A stretch of DNA of 64,000 nt from Octopus sinensis (GCF_006345805.1 NC_043000.1:138012001-138076000), one strand, 5' to 3'; positions 24,950 to 38,968 are shown, numbered from the stretch's first letter. The notes: generated from the sequence alone by a model not told the origin. Numbers and translations: made by a program.

Positions 24950-26267
24950 CAGGGTGAGACAGAGAGCACGGACATTTTTGGAAACTTCACAAAATCATTA
25001 ATTTTAACTGCAAATGAATTTTATTGACATCAATGTATTCGTATTGAATTAGCATTTATTAAAATCAAATGTGGAATACAACAACCATCATTTCACTGAT
25101 GCATTTCTGAAGACGTTCTTGGAAGCTGGCTTCCACTCTCTCCATCATTGTTCTGTCGACTTGGGCAACTTTCAATCGAATAGCTTCCTTTAAATCGTCC
25201 AATGTACGGAGATTATGTGCATGCACATGTGCCTTGTGATTTTCCTACAAGAAATAATAACACACGAACAAAGTAGGGGACCGAGTGGGCCAAGAAATGT
25301 AAGCAAACCTGGAAATGAGGTGGTCACCGAAGAGAGGGCGAAGAACGTCCATTGATGCTCTGGCTGTGTGGGCCATCACCTCATCCTGCTGAAAACAACA
25401 CACGTCGAATAGGCATAAGTTTTTGTCGTAATTCAGGCACAAGGAAGTTGTTTATCATCTCGATGTAACGCTCGGAGTTAACAATTACAGCATTTCCATT
25501 ATTGCCTTCAAAAATGTAAGGACAAATGACGGCAGCTTTTCAAACAGCACACTTTGGGGTTGTGTTGTGGTCTTTTGGGCAGTTCTCTCGGATTTTCAAG
25601 AACTCAATAACAACAGTTGTGTTGATTCACCATGCCACTGAGATTAAAATGAGTTTCATCACTCATTAACAAAATGAAGTAGTCATTTGCCTCAGAAATT
25701 GCTTCCCTCTGACGTGAAAAGTTAAGCCGCGGTGCATAGTTCCATGGTTTTAACTGTTACCCAATGACCAATTTGTTCGGGTGGAAATGCAGGTCGTCAT
25801 CCGAAATATGCCTTACCGATCGCTTATCGAAGCCATGTTCAGTGAAATGCCTCCACGCAGAGCGACATGAACTCCATATCAAAGCTTGTTGGTCGCGTTC
25901 CACATTTTCCGGGGTCCGTACCGTTCGCGGTGCCCCTACCAATCTCCTATTCATTAGTGTACCTCGTGTACAAAATGCATTCACCCAACATAAAATTGTG
26001 TTGCGGATGGGTATAGCCTGGGTTTGGTGAATGTTGAAGTGGCGCCGAAACCCGCGCGGAACTGCTGTGACAGACTCATTATTCTTTACGTAACAGTCGT
26101 AGGCACACACGCGATGTTCTATTGTCCACAGCGCCATGGTTTCACCTGAAAAGAAGAAAAAGGTACTGAGACACCACAGACCGAATGGAACCTGTCAGAC
26201 ATATATCCATCTCTCTGGGGTTGAGTAAAGCCATTTCAAAAACGTCCATCCTCTCTGCTCCACTCTT
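24950..26267 (-). mobile_element. Full-length decayed Tc1/mariner transposon, DD41D (rosa-like)
   Basis: Imperfect 34-bp TIRs (25/34 match), TA on both flanks, 1318 bp; transposase relic from ATG 26137: WTIEHRV..., MSDETHF, FQQDEV..., WPTRSPTLFVCYYFL (41 residues between the 2nd and expected 3rd D); several stops and frameshifts. Confidence 0.9.
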
Positions 26268-26411
26268 TATTAAAGTCTTCCAAAATTTATGAGCTTATGC
26301 CAATTTTAGAAATCGTCACTTTTCATTTAATTATTGCTTTTGCTATCTTTATTACTTGTACACACAATATATACTCATATAAGTATATATTTATGCTTAT
26401 GAATATATAAG

Positions 26412-26471
<60 letters not shown>

Positions 26472-29048
26472 TATATATATGAATATTTGTGTATACATGG
26501 GTTATCTCCGTAAAATTTGAAAAGACTAGGGAATTGAGAAGTAGGAAATGAGGATTAAATACACGAAAATGACCAAGAAAATTAAATGCAGTAAAAGGGG
26601 AAGTAACAGCATATGGTGTGAGAAAATATCAGCTTACGAAATACTGTGAAAGCAATTCGTCATGGATTTCTCAAAATGCACAAGAATAGCAGCATGATGC
26701 AATGTTTTAAAGTATCAATTTAACGACAGAAACATGAGTGATAAATATAATGACATATTTTAAAGTAAGGTAAACAAATATCAGTTATTTTTGTAAAATT
26801 TGATAAACATTTGAGGTAACCATTACTTCAACGCTGTTCTTATTATTACCGCTATTATCAATAATATTGTTACTAATACTATTAACAATATTTTTATTAC
26901 TATTATTACAAATAATATCACTAAAAACATAATTAACAACATAGTTACTACTTTTAATCAATATTAACTGCTCCATCATTATTAACAATATTACCTGTTT
27001 ACTAATATCAATATTAATGTTATCAACACCTGTAGCAATCTCATTACTTTGAATAATTTCTTATATAGACATTACGTGTATGTGTGTGTGAAGGAGAGAG
27101 AGAGGGAGAGAGAGGAAAGGAAAAAGAAAGAACGAAAGAAAGAAGGAAAGAAAAAAGTAAGTCGAATCAACTCCGATATTTAAGCGATAATCTAGTGTAT
27201 CGACTTCAGAGAATAAGAGCAATAAGAGCAAATTCTGATTGGGTAGGATTCAAACACAGAGAGTAAAAGAATGCCATTAGATAGCGCATAGTATTCTGCT
27301 TCATAATCAAAGGATTCTGATAGTCTACTGCTCTTCCACTTATAAGGACTTTGTTGGGGAAGTCAGAATTGTATGAATTTGAACCATTAATGTTTTGAAT
27401 TGAACGTTCCATATTATTGTAACGGAAATCAAAAATTATACAAGAAAAAGCACATAGCCTAAATAATGGTCTATTCAAAGCTATTATAAAAAGTAAGAAC
27501 ATATTCTTACTGCGAAAGCGCTTGCACTCGCTCTTCTAAATTGTACAATGTTTTACGTAAGCCTTGACTCATTTCGCATTACAAAGAGTCTGTCCGTTCA
27601 GCAGAGTATAGTAGACTTTATTACCTAGGTACTCAAACAGAAACATTTTCGGCCACGAGCATTCGATTATTTCAATCCGACCATAATATGTTATTGGTTA
27701 TATATTTCGATTATACTGGAAAGGGGAATAACGGAATCGATCTCAGCAGAATCTATATTCAAAACGTAAGCGCTGTAAGTATATACCATAATATACATCA
27801 CAACTCTGCCTATCTAGACACTGAATAGTCATAGCTATAATCTAAACATCACAAAGAATGAGGAAAATAACCATGGAATACATACAATAATGTGACTCCA
27901 TTATATTGTTATATCTAATATTATTGCTCACAGATACAGCAAATAAAATCTGACATCTCTGTAATTTGAGCTCATTATAACGAAAGAGGTTTGTTCAAAA
28001 ATATATTCTCCCGAAAATTTCTTTCATAAATATAACTTCGAACTATATAGAAGTGTACTTCATGGATGTATCTAAATGTCCAAGAGGAACATAAATTATA
28101 AATACAATTACCAAGATATAAAAAAAAATCATTCATATAATGGTCTCATTATACAAACCATTTAATACCAATTGCGGTGGCCCAGCATGAACACAACCTC
28201 TGCCTGAAACTAGTAATAAGGATATTAGCTTAATAGATTCCCACGTTTCTAAAACATAAAGTCACGATACATTTTACATGAGTAACACTGATGTATTTGT
28301 TAGTACTAAGAAGAAAAGGGCTTGAAAATATCCAATATAGTTATGAACCCTAAATTCATAAAAAATATTAAGTAGTTTCAGATGATGTGTGGCACAGAAG
28401 ATAATTAAAGCATTGCTGTATTTGGTGGTCCTTTACAACTTCCTGAGTCCATATTCCACTGAGAAAGAATTCCTCATTCATTCTTCCGGATGTAGCAATA
28501 GTATAGTGAAATCCCTTTAAAATATTTTGTGTACTTTGCGTCATTTACTTATGTTCCGTTCAAACGATACTGAAATAGAATTTTCCGTTTTATCTTTCAG
28601 GGATTGATAAGTGCCAGTCAAGTATCGTTTATTGCCTATAAATATGTAGCCTTGCATTTGATATATGTTTGATTTTGTTACATATATGTTTTGTCACTCT
28701 ATATTTCAGTGTAAATCGTAGACATGTTCGCTTTCACTTTTCATTCCTCCAGGATCGATCAAAAGCGGCGCAATTACTGGAATTCATTCACTCCATTAAA
28801 TAGCTACTCCTAAATTGTGTGGCAGCTTGCCATTGTACGGAATCAACATTAGTGCAACTCGATCATATTCATTCGGATACCTAAATATAGCCAAATCTAC
28901 TGCTATGGTTTATTTCATAATTTCTGTCTGTATTCTAGTTCAGTGAATTCCACATATTAAATCTATTAAACACATTGATTCAATTTTACAAACTCAGTCT
29001 CTCTCTTGATTTCTCTCTCTCTCACGCACACGCACGCACACACACACA

Positions 29049-29147
<99 letters not shown>

Positions 29148-29772
29148 ATATATATTATATATATATATACATATACACACAACTGGGGATTCATATGTGT
29201 GTGGTATTCATAGATTCCGACAGTTAGAAATGTGGCCGAATTAAATTATTTTTACTATACATCCGTTATTCCACTTTTTAGCATGTTTTCTTTACGGTTA
29301 ACGAATGTATATCTCCGATATTTCTTAGACGGCTGAGCACTTTATATCACCATAGAATAACACACTAGAGCACTGAGAAGCGTACAATCATATATTCTCT
29401 GGAAATAATATCATCTTAAGCGATATTTATAGAAGAGCGTGGGTTTACTTAAGAGGATGACGTGAATGATGTATATCCAATATCCTTATATATGATATGT
29501 TACGTTGTAAGTCAAATAGAACACTTCCTTATATTAAAGATGCGGAAAGATTCGAAGAGAACCCTATACGGGCTATGAAATATGTAAGCGTTAAAATTTA
29601 AGCCCGTGTGATTGCAGAATGACAGCAAGAGTTACAAATCTTCGGAAATTCTAAAAACTTCCATGTGAAGTAGACAGAGTCAAAATGTTATTCTAACTCA
29701 AAGTAATACACATAAAATATAATCAAGGCTAAAAATTTATCCTCTCTACAGGAACTCACTACAGCAGCGAAG

Positions 29773-30169
29773 ACGTGGAGGCGCAATGGCCCAGCGGTTA
29801 GGGCAGCGGACTCGCGGTCATAGGATCGCGGTTTCGATTCCCAGACCGGGCGTTGTGAGTGTTTATTGAGCGAAAACACCTAAAGCTCCTCGAGGCTCCG
29901 GCAGGGGATGGTGGTGATCCCTGCTGTACTCTTTCGCCACAACTTTCTCTCACTCTTACTTTCTGTTTCTGTTGTACCTGTATTTCAAAGGGCAGGCCTT
30001 GTCACTCTCTGTGTCACGCTGAATATCCCCGAGAACTACGTTAAGGGTACACGTGTCTGTGGAGTGCTCAGCCACTTACACGTTAATTTCACGAGCAGGC
30101 TGTTCCGTTGATTCGGATCAACGGGAACCCTCATCGTCGTAACCGACGGAGTGCTTCCATTCCATTCCC
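29773..30169 (+). mobile_element. Young tRNA-headed SINE family C with perfect 12-bp TSD
   Basis: GGAGGCGCAATGGCCCAGCGGTTAG (A box), GTTTCGATTCCC (B box), (TTCCA)n tail; TSD ACAGCAGCGAAG at 29761-72 and 30170-81. Confidence 0.92.
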
Positions 30170-30780
30170 ACAGCAGCGAAGTGGCAGTTTCAAACTAGTT
30201 GCGGACTTGACGGCATGGATGCAACATCGCTTTCTTTGAGATGTCACATTTTCTGTGTCAACCACCAACTACATGCAACTTATTTGATTAATATCAGCTT
30301 CCACTCTGCTTCATATAAACCTCAGTGTATATAGTAAGACATGCGATTTTTCCTGTCTCGCATATGCATATATTTGGTTCCCATTCATATGCAAAATCAG
30401 TTCGTGTTACCACTAAAGAGTATTTTTGTTTTACAAACTTGCCTTCTGAATAGTCTTTATTCACGCCTCTTAAAGAAATCACTGGAAAAGATACTTTCTA
30501 TGAGCTCACTTTAAAATATATATATATATATATGTGTGTGCGTATGTGTATGTATATATATATGTGTGTGTGTATGTATATACATTTGTGTATATATATG
30601 TATATATATATATGTATGTATATATATATGTATATATATGTATCTCTCTCTCTCTCTCTCTCTCTACATATATATATATATATGTATACACAAGGGAAGG
30701 CATTGCCCTCCAGGTGGTTTTCGGCTGCTATATTTCCTGTTTGTTTGTACGAACGAAACTGCTGTAACAGAGAACTCTCT

Positions 30781-31187
30781 CTCTTTACTCTTTTACTTGT
30801 TTCAGTCATTTGACTGCGGCCATGCTGGAGCACCACCTTTAGTCGAGCAAATCGACCCTGGGACTTATTGTTTGTAAGCCCAGTACTTATTCTATCGGTC
30901 TCTTTTGCCGAACCGCTAAGTGACGGGGACGTAAACACACCAGCATCGGTTGTCAAGCAATGCTAGGGGACAAATACAGACACACAAACACACACACACA
31001 TATATATATATATACATATATACGACAGGCTTCTTTCAGTTTCCGTCTACCAAATCCACTCACAAGGCATTGGTCGGCCCGGGGCTATAGCAGAAGACAC
31101 TTGGCCAAGATGCCACGCAGTGGGACTGAACCCGGAACCATATGGTTGGTAAGCAAGCTACTCACCACGCAGCCACTCCTACGCCTA
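30781..31187 (-). mobile_element. Family A SINE, full length
   Basis: Reverse complement of the family A consensus. Confidence 0.93.
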
Positions 31188-34100
31188 TAATCTATATTTT
31201 GTAAACTGTTTCCTGTATGACCAACATGGAAGTGCCTAAGAATATTTGGTGGAAGTGGATGCCTAGTTTTATCTTCTCATCAGAGTAACACTCATATTTC
31301 GATTTAGCTGGCCATCTGTAAGCCTTATTGTGTCTGCATTATGTGGTTGTATAACAGACTTGTCTTTAGTTCGAAAATGCATTTTTTTGTCAATTTTCTT
31401 GCTGGTCTGGTCTCCCAGCACGCTATTTCTATATACATTGCTGCTACTGATTATGTCTCACTACTGCTTATATGAGATATTTGTCTCCATATCCTGTCCA
31501 TTTGATGATGATTATGTATTGGCACTTGAATATTCGCAAACTGTGGAAGATAGCTCGCTGTATTGTTTTTAAGTTAGACTATTCTCTTCTTCCTATAATC
31601 TAGTTTGTTTGTCGTGTGTTACTTATTGTCAGTGAAAGAGAGAACAGGAATAGAAGTAGTGGAGAAACGGGGAGATATATCTTTGTAAGAAAAAGTATGG
31701 AAGCAACAGAATGGCGAGAAAGACAAAACATATGAGGCGAAATATTAGGGAAAGGAATATAAATTTAGTGAGAGACAAGAAAAGAACGATGACAAATAGA
31801 GTAAACGAATAAAAGTTATAACGATAGAGAAACAGAAAGAGTTATTAGAATAGAGGTGGTAAACAAAGAAGACAGAGAGAGAAAGAGAGTGAGTGAGAGA
31901 GCCCTTGTAAGAAAACATAGTAGAAGAAGTGTAGGACTAATATCTTCGAATGAATTAGAATTAAATTTCTCAGAGAATCTCGTAATAGAAATCTTCAATA
32001 TTAAAAGGGAAATTTAAAAACCACATTTTGATAAGAATATATCTAAATTAGAAATTAAGAATTCTCTACACAGTTTAGACTTTTTTGATTGCTTTCTCTT
32101 AGTAAAAGTTACATGCTCATAAGTAATAGATAATTTGTTTTTATTATATGCATGCATTACGACAATATTTCTATTTCCTGATATTTTCTTCATAGCCCAA
32201 TGTATGTAAATTTTTCTCTATTTTTCGATTTTAGATAAACATATGCTTGATGAGAATTAATTTCTATGTAAATGTTCTTAATGCCCTTGCTAAAAGCATT
32301 TTTTGAACTGGTAATTCTATTCTGCCATGATAGTTTTTTTTTTATTGTACGGTAAGTAATTTTTTAAAATGTGTGATGTATGTTTTATATAGTCGGAAAA
32401 ATTCTGGCAAAAATAATCTGCTAAAATGGAATGATAAGTATCAAATTAATGAGAATATATTTAAAAAATTACATCTAATCTTTTCTTATATTTTATCTTG
32501 TGTCGAATAACTCATTAGCCTAACACCAAATCAAAGGAGAAAGTATCGTAGATTGCACTTGAATGACGAAATGCGTTTTGAATTTCGATTAGAAATGACA
32601 TACTGCTTTAGAATATCAGTTTTGTCACTTTAATTTTTCGCTAGTTTGAAAGAAATTTTTTTCATCACTGATGCCAGTTTCCAATTGTTAGCTAAGAGCA
32701 ATTTTCCTTCTCATATAACATCTTCTAATGATTACATTTTTTTACTCGCATAAACAAAACTTTTATAAAATTTAGATCGCTACCTTATAATTGAAATCGT
32801 GAATACCTTACATCGAAGCTGTTTAAATTGTCAACTTTTGCGCCAATAAAGATAATGATACCAATCTAAAATTCATTGTAGAAAGGAAGAATAACAGATG
32901 CAAAAAAACAAAAAAAAATGTAATTTACGTATTATACTAACTTAGGGCGACAAAATTATTTTTTGAATTGTATGTGTATATATGCACGCAAGAAATACAT
33001 GTATATGTAAAATGTGTTTTAAACATCAGTAATGTTTTCGAAATTAAAAGCAATTACATGTGCCTTGATTAGTTAAGCTATTTATCTTTTTATTTTAGTG
33101 TTCCTATATATAAATATATATGGATGTCCGTGTATGTGTATAAGTGCATATGTGTGTTTGTGCGAACGCGCATGTGTGGGGCATAAAGATTTTAATTATA
33201 ACGATTATAAAATAAATAAATGTACTGAGCAGAACATCGTTTCTAAAATTGTGGATTCCAAAAGTATTTTGAAGAATTAAATGAATGAAGGCAGGACGAA
33301 AAGAAAACCCTGAGAGAGAAAAAAGGAAATAAATTCTATTGATACGCATTTCTGAATAATTATGACAAAGCCGAGATACGCAGGGACGTAAAATCCTAAT
33401 CTAGAAATTTACAACTGTGGCTCATGGTATTTTCCGTTTTCGGTAACTTTAATTGAAATTTAGAGAAGTTCACTGCAAGGTGTTAATTTACACTTGAAAT
33501 ATTGAACGAAATTGAAGTCTCTATGAATGAAATAACGGAAACATATTTTATGCCGTTTCTAACATTTTATGTTTGTTCTAGCTTAAAATACTGTGAGTGG
33601 AGGTAAACGTCCAACGATGACCGATACATTATATGGCAATTTCTTTTACTTTCACTGAGACTTAAATGGGTTACTTAGATTTCTTTTCGATAAGATATGT
33701 ATCGTTACATGACTTCCTTCACGTTTGCCTTTCTTTTTAAAGTTCATCTGCTGTTTCTACCCCTTTTTAAAACAGTGTTTCAACTTCCTGGCATTTGTTA
33801 CATTTATTATTTATAGATTGTTTAAGGCATCGAGATGGCAGAATTGTTAGCATGCTGGGCAAAATACTTTTGAAAAGTACTTTTGAAAGTAACCAGAAGT
33901 GTAATAGGTAGAACTAGATACACATCCGATCTCGTGCGGACGATCTCGTGTATTGACGATCATACTGAAGATCTACGGACAAATTGCGTAAGTAAAATTA
34001 CGTAATCTGTTGACAGAGAAACGTGTTTGTGATTAATATATATATTTGTTACTTTTCAATTGTCTTGCTCGCTTACGTTCTGCTGTATGCTAAATTTTCT

Positions 34101-34989
34101 TGAGAACATTTCTCAGTGGTAAGACCATAGCGGATCTATTTCTAGCATATGGGTTGTCCACATAACAGTCATCCCTCTTATATGTATGAATTTCATATGT
34201 GTGTGTGTGTGTGTGTCTGTGTGTGTGTAACTGTAAATTCATTGACTACTTTCAAATTTTTCTATTCAAGGTAAGAATAAAGTTTCTAAAACGTATAGAG
34301 ATATTCGAAGGATCACTTCAATCCAATAGTAGAACGCCTATCATGTCTATAGGAAATATGGCTTCTTGTCCCTCGAGTAACCTCCGACTTTTTCTATCCT
34401 AGATGGTTTTACAACCCAATATTTTCATACTATTCTTTATATCTTTACGTGTGTACTTCGAGATAAACTATCCCACAAAAAAAAATTATTTTACGTTCTC
34501 TCGAAAGTTTGTAAAATTTTTATGACGTCATTACTGAAAACGTTTACATCATTTATTTTTTGAATTGAATGTGTGTATATAAAAGCAAGAAATACAAGAA
34601 ATGAATGTGTTCTAAAAATCAGTAATGTTTTCGAAATTAAAAGCAGTTACATGTGCCTTGATTAGCAAAGCTATTTCTCTTTTTATTTTAGCATGTCTAT
34701 GTTCCTATATATAAATATATGTGGGTGTCCGTGTATGTCTGTAACAATTTTTTAACGATTTTTTCCCAAACAAGGCTTGAGCACCGTAATGTTAATAACC
34801 ACAAATGAGAAAACGAATGGGCCTACAAGTTCAAAAGTTGTTGATTGACAGAAAGCTTAGAAGACTGAATATCAGAGACCAAGGGAAAGCAAGACATCTT
34901 AAAAAAAACTTCAATATCACTCACCCCAAATCAAAACTTTTTTCCAGTTGCTAATTCACGAAACAATTTCTCATGAATGACTATCATGC

Positions 34990-35230
34990 ATCTGAAATTC
35001 AACAGAGGCCGAATTGATGAGTAAATTCTCATGGTGTCCACAAATTCCGCTTGAGTGGCATCGCTTACACTTTAGTAGTCCAGTTAGGTGTCAATGAAGG
35101 CTTCCCTGATATACTTAAGTAATCAACATTCGGTCTTCCCTCGACCATTGAGAACCATGTCAACTGTAATTTGCCAATACATTACTTTATTCGCCGAATA
35201 TTTCCCAAATGAATGAAAGCATCAAGTACG
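34990..35230 (-). pseudogene. RTE-clade LINE 3' end relic
   Basis: Frameshifted HG...GRPNVDYL...DA..RNLW resembles the RTE C-terminal HGxRxRGRPxxTY...DRxxW pattern. Confidence 0.35.
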
Positions 35231-35899
35231 GTTGTAAAGACTGGTTCTCAAGCACATGTAAAATTGTTCACTCCAGATGAGTAAGAAAGCACACATCTGT
35301 AAGTAACTTATTTACTTTGTTTACAAATTCACACTTTTAAAGTCACCGGTAAACATGAAGCCGTTACTAATTGCTTAATAATCTTGAAAGGACAGAGTTT
35401 TTAAACAAAGGGAAAACAGCATCTAATTCTAAAATACAGTTTCTAAGAGGAAGTAATTTTAATATGTTGGCATACAACTTTAACTTGTAATTGCTGTCTG
35501 AATTCCGAAGATTGTGTTTGTTTCAGTATCAACAATTTGGTTTTTCTGAGATAAATTTAAAGATTTTTTTAAAAACTGGACACACGTCTACTTACGTACA
35601 TCACATTATGTTTAACCATTACAGGGTTGACTGCTTTTTTTATGAAAGGATATGCCTGCAATAAGAGTGGTGCGAAACCACTGGTTGCCAGCCTCATCAG
35701 TGTCACAGTAAATCATGTAGGGGTGGATCTCTAGTTAACCTGTTGAAAGAATTTTATATGGTTTAGTTTCGTACAACAAAGTGTTTTCGATCTAGTAATT
35801 ATTCTGTTGTAAATATACGTCCCGTATTAACTATATCATACACATTTCGAGTTATATCTACACACACACACACAAACTTAGACACACACACACCCAAAC

Positions 35900-35936
<37 letters not shown>

Positions 35937-35987
35937 TATTACAAAATAATTTTCAGCATAGAAGTGAAAAACTATGTATTGGTTGGT

Positions 35988-36238
35988 AGTATGCATGTAT
36001 GCATGTATGCATGTATGTATGTATGTATGTATGTATGTATGTATGTATGTATGTGTGTGTGTATGTATGTATGTATGCATGCATGCATGTATGTATGTAT
36101 GTATGTATGCATGCATGTATGTATGTATGTATGTATGTATGTATGTGTGTGTGTATGTATGTATGTATGTATGTATGCATGCATGTATGTATGTATGTAT
36201 GTATGTATGCATGCATGTATGTATGTATGTATGCATAT
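35988..36238. repeat. (TATG)n/(CATG) compound microsatellite with ~90-bp higher-order period
   Basis: TGTGTGTG and CATGCATG interruptions recur near 36053 and 36144. Confidence 0.9.
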
Positions 36239-37711
36239 ATCTCTCTATAGATATATATCTGTGTGTGTGTGTGTGTTTGAAAGTATATGAAAACATGATT
36301 TACAGATGCTAATCTTACTGTGGTACAAGAGTGTTTTATTTTGCTATGACATTTTCGCGACTAAAGTGAGTTTAGACCTCTCTCAAGGGAAGCATATTTT
36401 CTGAGTATATGGTGTTAATCTCCTTGTAATAACTCGTTACTATAGATTTCATTTTTATCACTATTTATTCAGATTGTGAAATATTTCTTCCCAAAGAGGT
36501 TACACTGATATTCCAAATAGTTTGAAACTACACGATGGTTAACCATTATATCTTCACTTCATTTGTTGTTTTTTTTGTATTATATTTGTTTTTATTTTAA
36601 GAAGTTTTTAGTAGTATTGTTAATTTTTGTCTCTGTATATGCAGTTTGTACTACTTTAAATAGTTCTATTAATAAAGATAAGACAAATAATTTGGGTTTT
36701 TTATGCCAACAGCCAATAAAAAAGAAATGATAATTTTTCGATCTCCCTGAAGTTATGTATAAGATTCCACTGTTGTGTTGCATAACTGTACCCAGTGTGA
36801 AGACAAACAGAATAGCTATGGCTCTTCCTGTAAATTGTTTTCTTTTACTACATTTATACTTGTCGAAAATGAAGATTCTAATGCGAGATAAAAACGACGA
36901 TAAAACCGAGTAAACAAGTTAAGTTTAGTATTTATTCATACAGAGTATTACTTTAAAAATAAGGAACTTATATAAATTATCCCTTTAGAAAAAGTCAGCA
37001 GTCTTTTATTTTTTTCATCATGGAAACTGTAATATCAACTGCATAGATCAGAATGAATAGCAATGTTAATAAAAATAGGTGTCAACGAACCAAGAGGCAA
37101 ATATTTACCAGTCACTATAAATAAAACCATCCTTATTCTTGTTCCATCTCTCCTGCCACTTCTCATTCAGATCTTTTCATTGCTCAGTTGTTGCGCATGA
37201 TGTAAATCTTTAGTTGACACTGCGGTTAATGTCAGCAAGTAGACTAGAATGTCAAAAGAATAGAAACATAAGTGTATAAATACTCCAGTCAACTGACAAG
37301 TCTGATTGGATGGTCAGAGAAAGGTTAGAAATCATAAACATTTTTCAAAGTTTATCTCCATTTTACGATGGAAATCAGTTAAATAAATATCTAATGATAT
37401 AGTAATCTCTACGTCAGGGAAATTGCTGTCCGCTAATAATGTTAGTTATTTACAAAATAAAAATATTATAAACCTAAACATAATGCGAAAATAGTTAATG
37501 CCAACCAAATAGAGATCGAACTGATTTATTCTGAATAATGTCTTAAATGTTTTATTTTAGATACTATCAGCAGCATACAGATACATTTATTTATAACAGT
37601 ATAACTGCAAGTAAATAAAAGAGAGTAGACATTTTATTTTGCTTCAGCGTAGCATACGCTTCGTAGCATATATAATCTAATTTAACTATATATTTGTTTG
37701 TTCCAATACAG

Positions 37712-37738
37712 ACAAGAGTTCTGAGATATGTAATGGAG
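37712..37738 (+). CDS. Candidate 27-nt exon (TRVLRYVME or xKSSEICNGx)
   Basis: TATTTGTTTGTTCCAATACAG| acceptor, GAG|GTAAAC donor, length a multiple of 3, open in phases 0 and 1. Confidence 0.22.
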
Positions 37739-38073
37739 GTAAACTGTGAAATTATAATATTCGTGACTTCACTAATTAGTGAAACTGTGTTTATATGACA
37801 GCTTAGTGATGAGTAGCATTGATGAATAAGATTTGAAATGTTAAGCTACTCCACTGTTTAATTCTTTTATATTTAATTTCATTAAGCCTGAGTCAAAATC
37901 ACTTGTGTTGGCGTATGCACACCTGATGATTTTACAATACTACAGCCAATTATGCATCGTTGATGACATATACACAATGGTGGTGAGTTCATACATCATG
38001 CGCTAGTGAAAGTAGTTAACATGGTAACAGTGTTCTTCAAACTACAAAAAAGCCGATAAAAAATTCCTTGTTT

Positions 38074-38208
38074 TGCCTACCAACCACATGGTTCTGGGTT
38101 CAGTCCCACTGCGTGGCATCTTGGGCAAGTGTCTTCTGCTATAGCCCCGGGCCGACCAATGCCTTGTGAGTGGATTTGGTAGACGGAAACTGAAAGAAGC
38201 CTGTCGTA

Positions 38209-38251
<43 letters not shown>

Positions 38252-38490
38252 ATGTATATGTTTGTGTGTCTGTGTTTGTCCCTCTAGCATTGCTTGACAA
38301 CCGATGCTGGTGTGTTTACGTCTCCGTAACTTAGCGGTTCGGCAAAAGAGACCGATAGAATAAGTACTGGGCTTACAAAGAATAAGTCCCGGGGTCGAGT
38401 TGCTCGACTAAAGGCGGTGCTCCAGCATGGCCGCAGTCAAATGACTGAAACAAGTAAAAGAGTAAGAGAGAGAGAGAGAGAGAGAGAGTA
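38074..38490 (+). mobile_element. Family A SINE, 5'-truncated, (GA)n tail
   Basis: Starts at GCCTACCAACCACATGG; near-consensus body. Confidence 0.92.
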
Positions 38491-38736
38491 GCTTATTGTG
38501 AAAGGAAAACGCAAAAAATGGGGAGTGCATAGGTGAAAGTAAAATAAATATTCTAAAGATTCTGGATCGATTTCAGAATAGACAACATAAGGACCACTAA
38601 GATAATCAGCTACATACTTTCAGGGAGCAAAAATCCTCTTTTTCATTGGAGTAAAATAAATTTTGTGTTTCTTTCAATCGAAGATTATTCTTATGGAGCT
38701 AAATTTACTCTCCGGTTTTGATTCCCAGTGGAAACC

Positions 38737-38968
38737 TATTTCTTTATTACCCGCAAGGGGCTAAACACAGAGCGGACAAACAAGGACAGACATAGATATT
38801 AAGTCGATTACATCGACCCCAGTGCGTAACTGGTACTTAGTTTATCGACCCCGAAAGGATGAAAGGCAAAGTCGACCTCGGCGGAATTTTAACTCACAGC
38901 GTAACGCAGACGAAATACCGCTAAGCATTTCGCCTGGCGTGCTAACGATTCTGCCAGCTCACCGCCTT
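38737..38968 (-). mobile_element. Family B SINE with perfect 15-bp TSD
   Basis: TSD TTCCCAGTGGAAACC at 38722-36 and 38973-87. Confidence 0.93.

Noticed and set aside
29777-29852. tRNA gene-like sequence
   Set aside because: No closed cloverleaf; continues into a SINE body with tail and TSD.
35664-35705. Minus-strand CTGATGAG-GCTGG-caa-CCAGT hairpin
   Set aside because: Followed by GTTTC rather than GAAAC; core incomplete.
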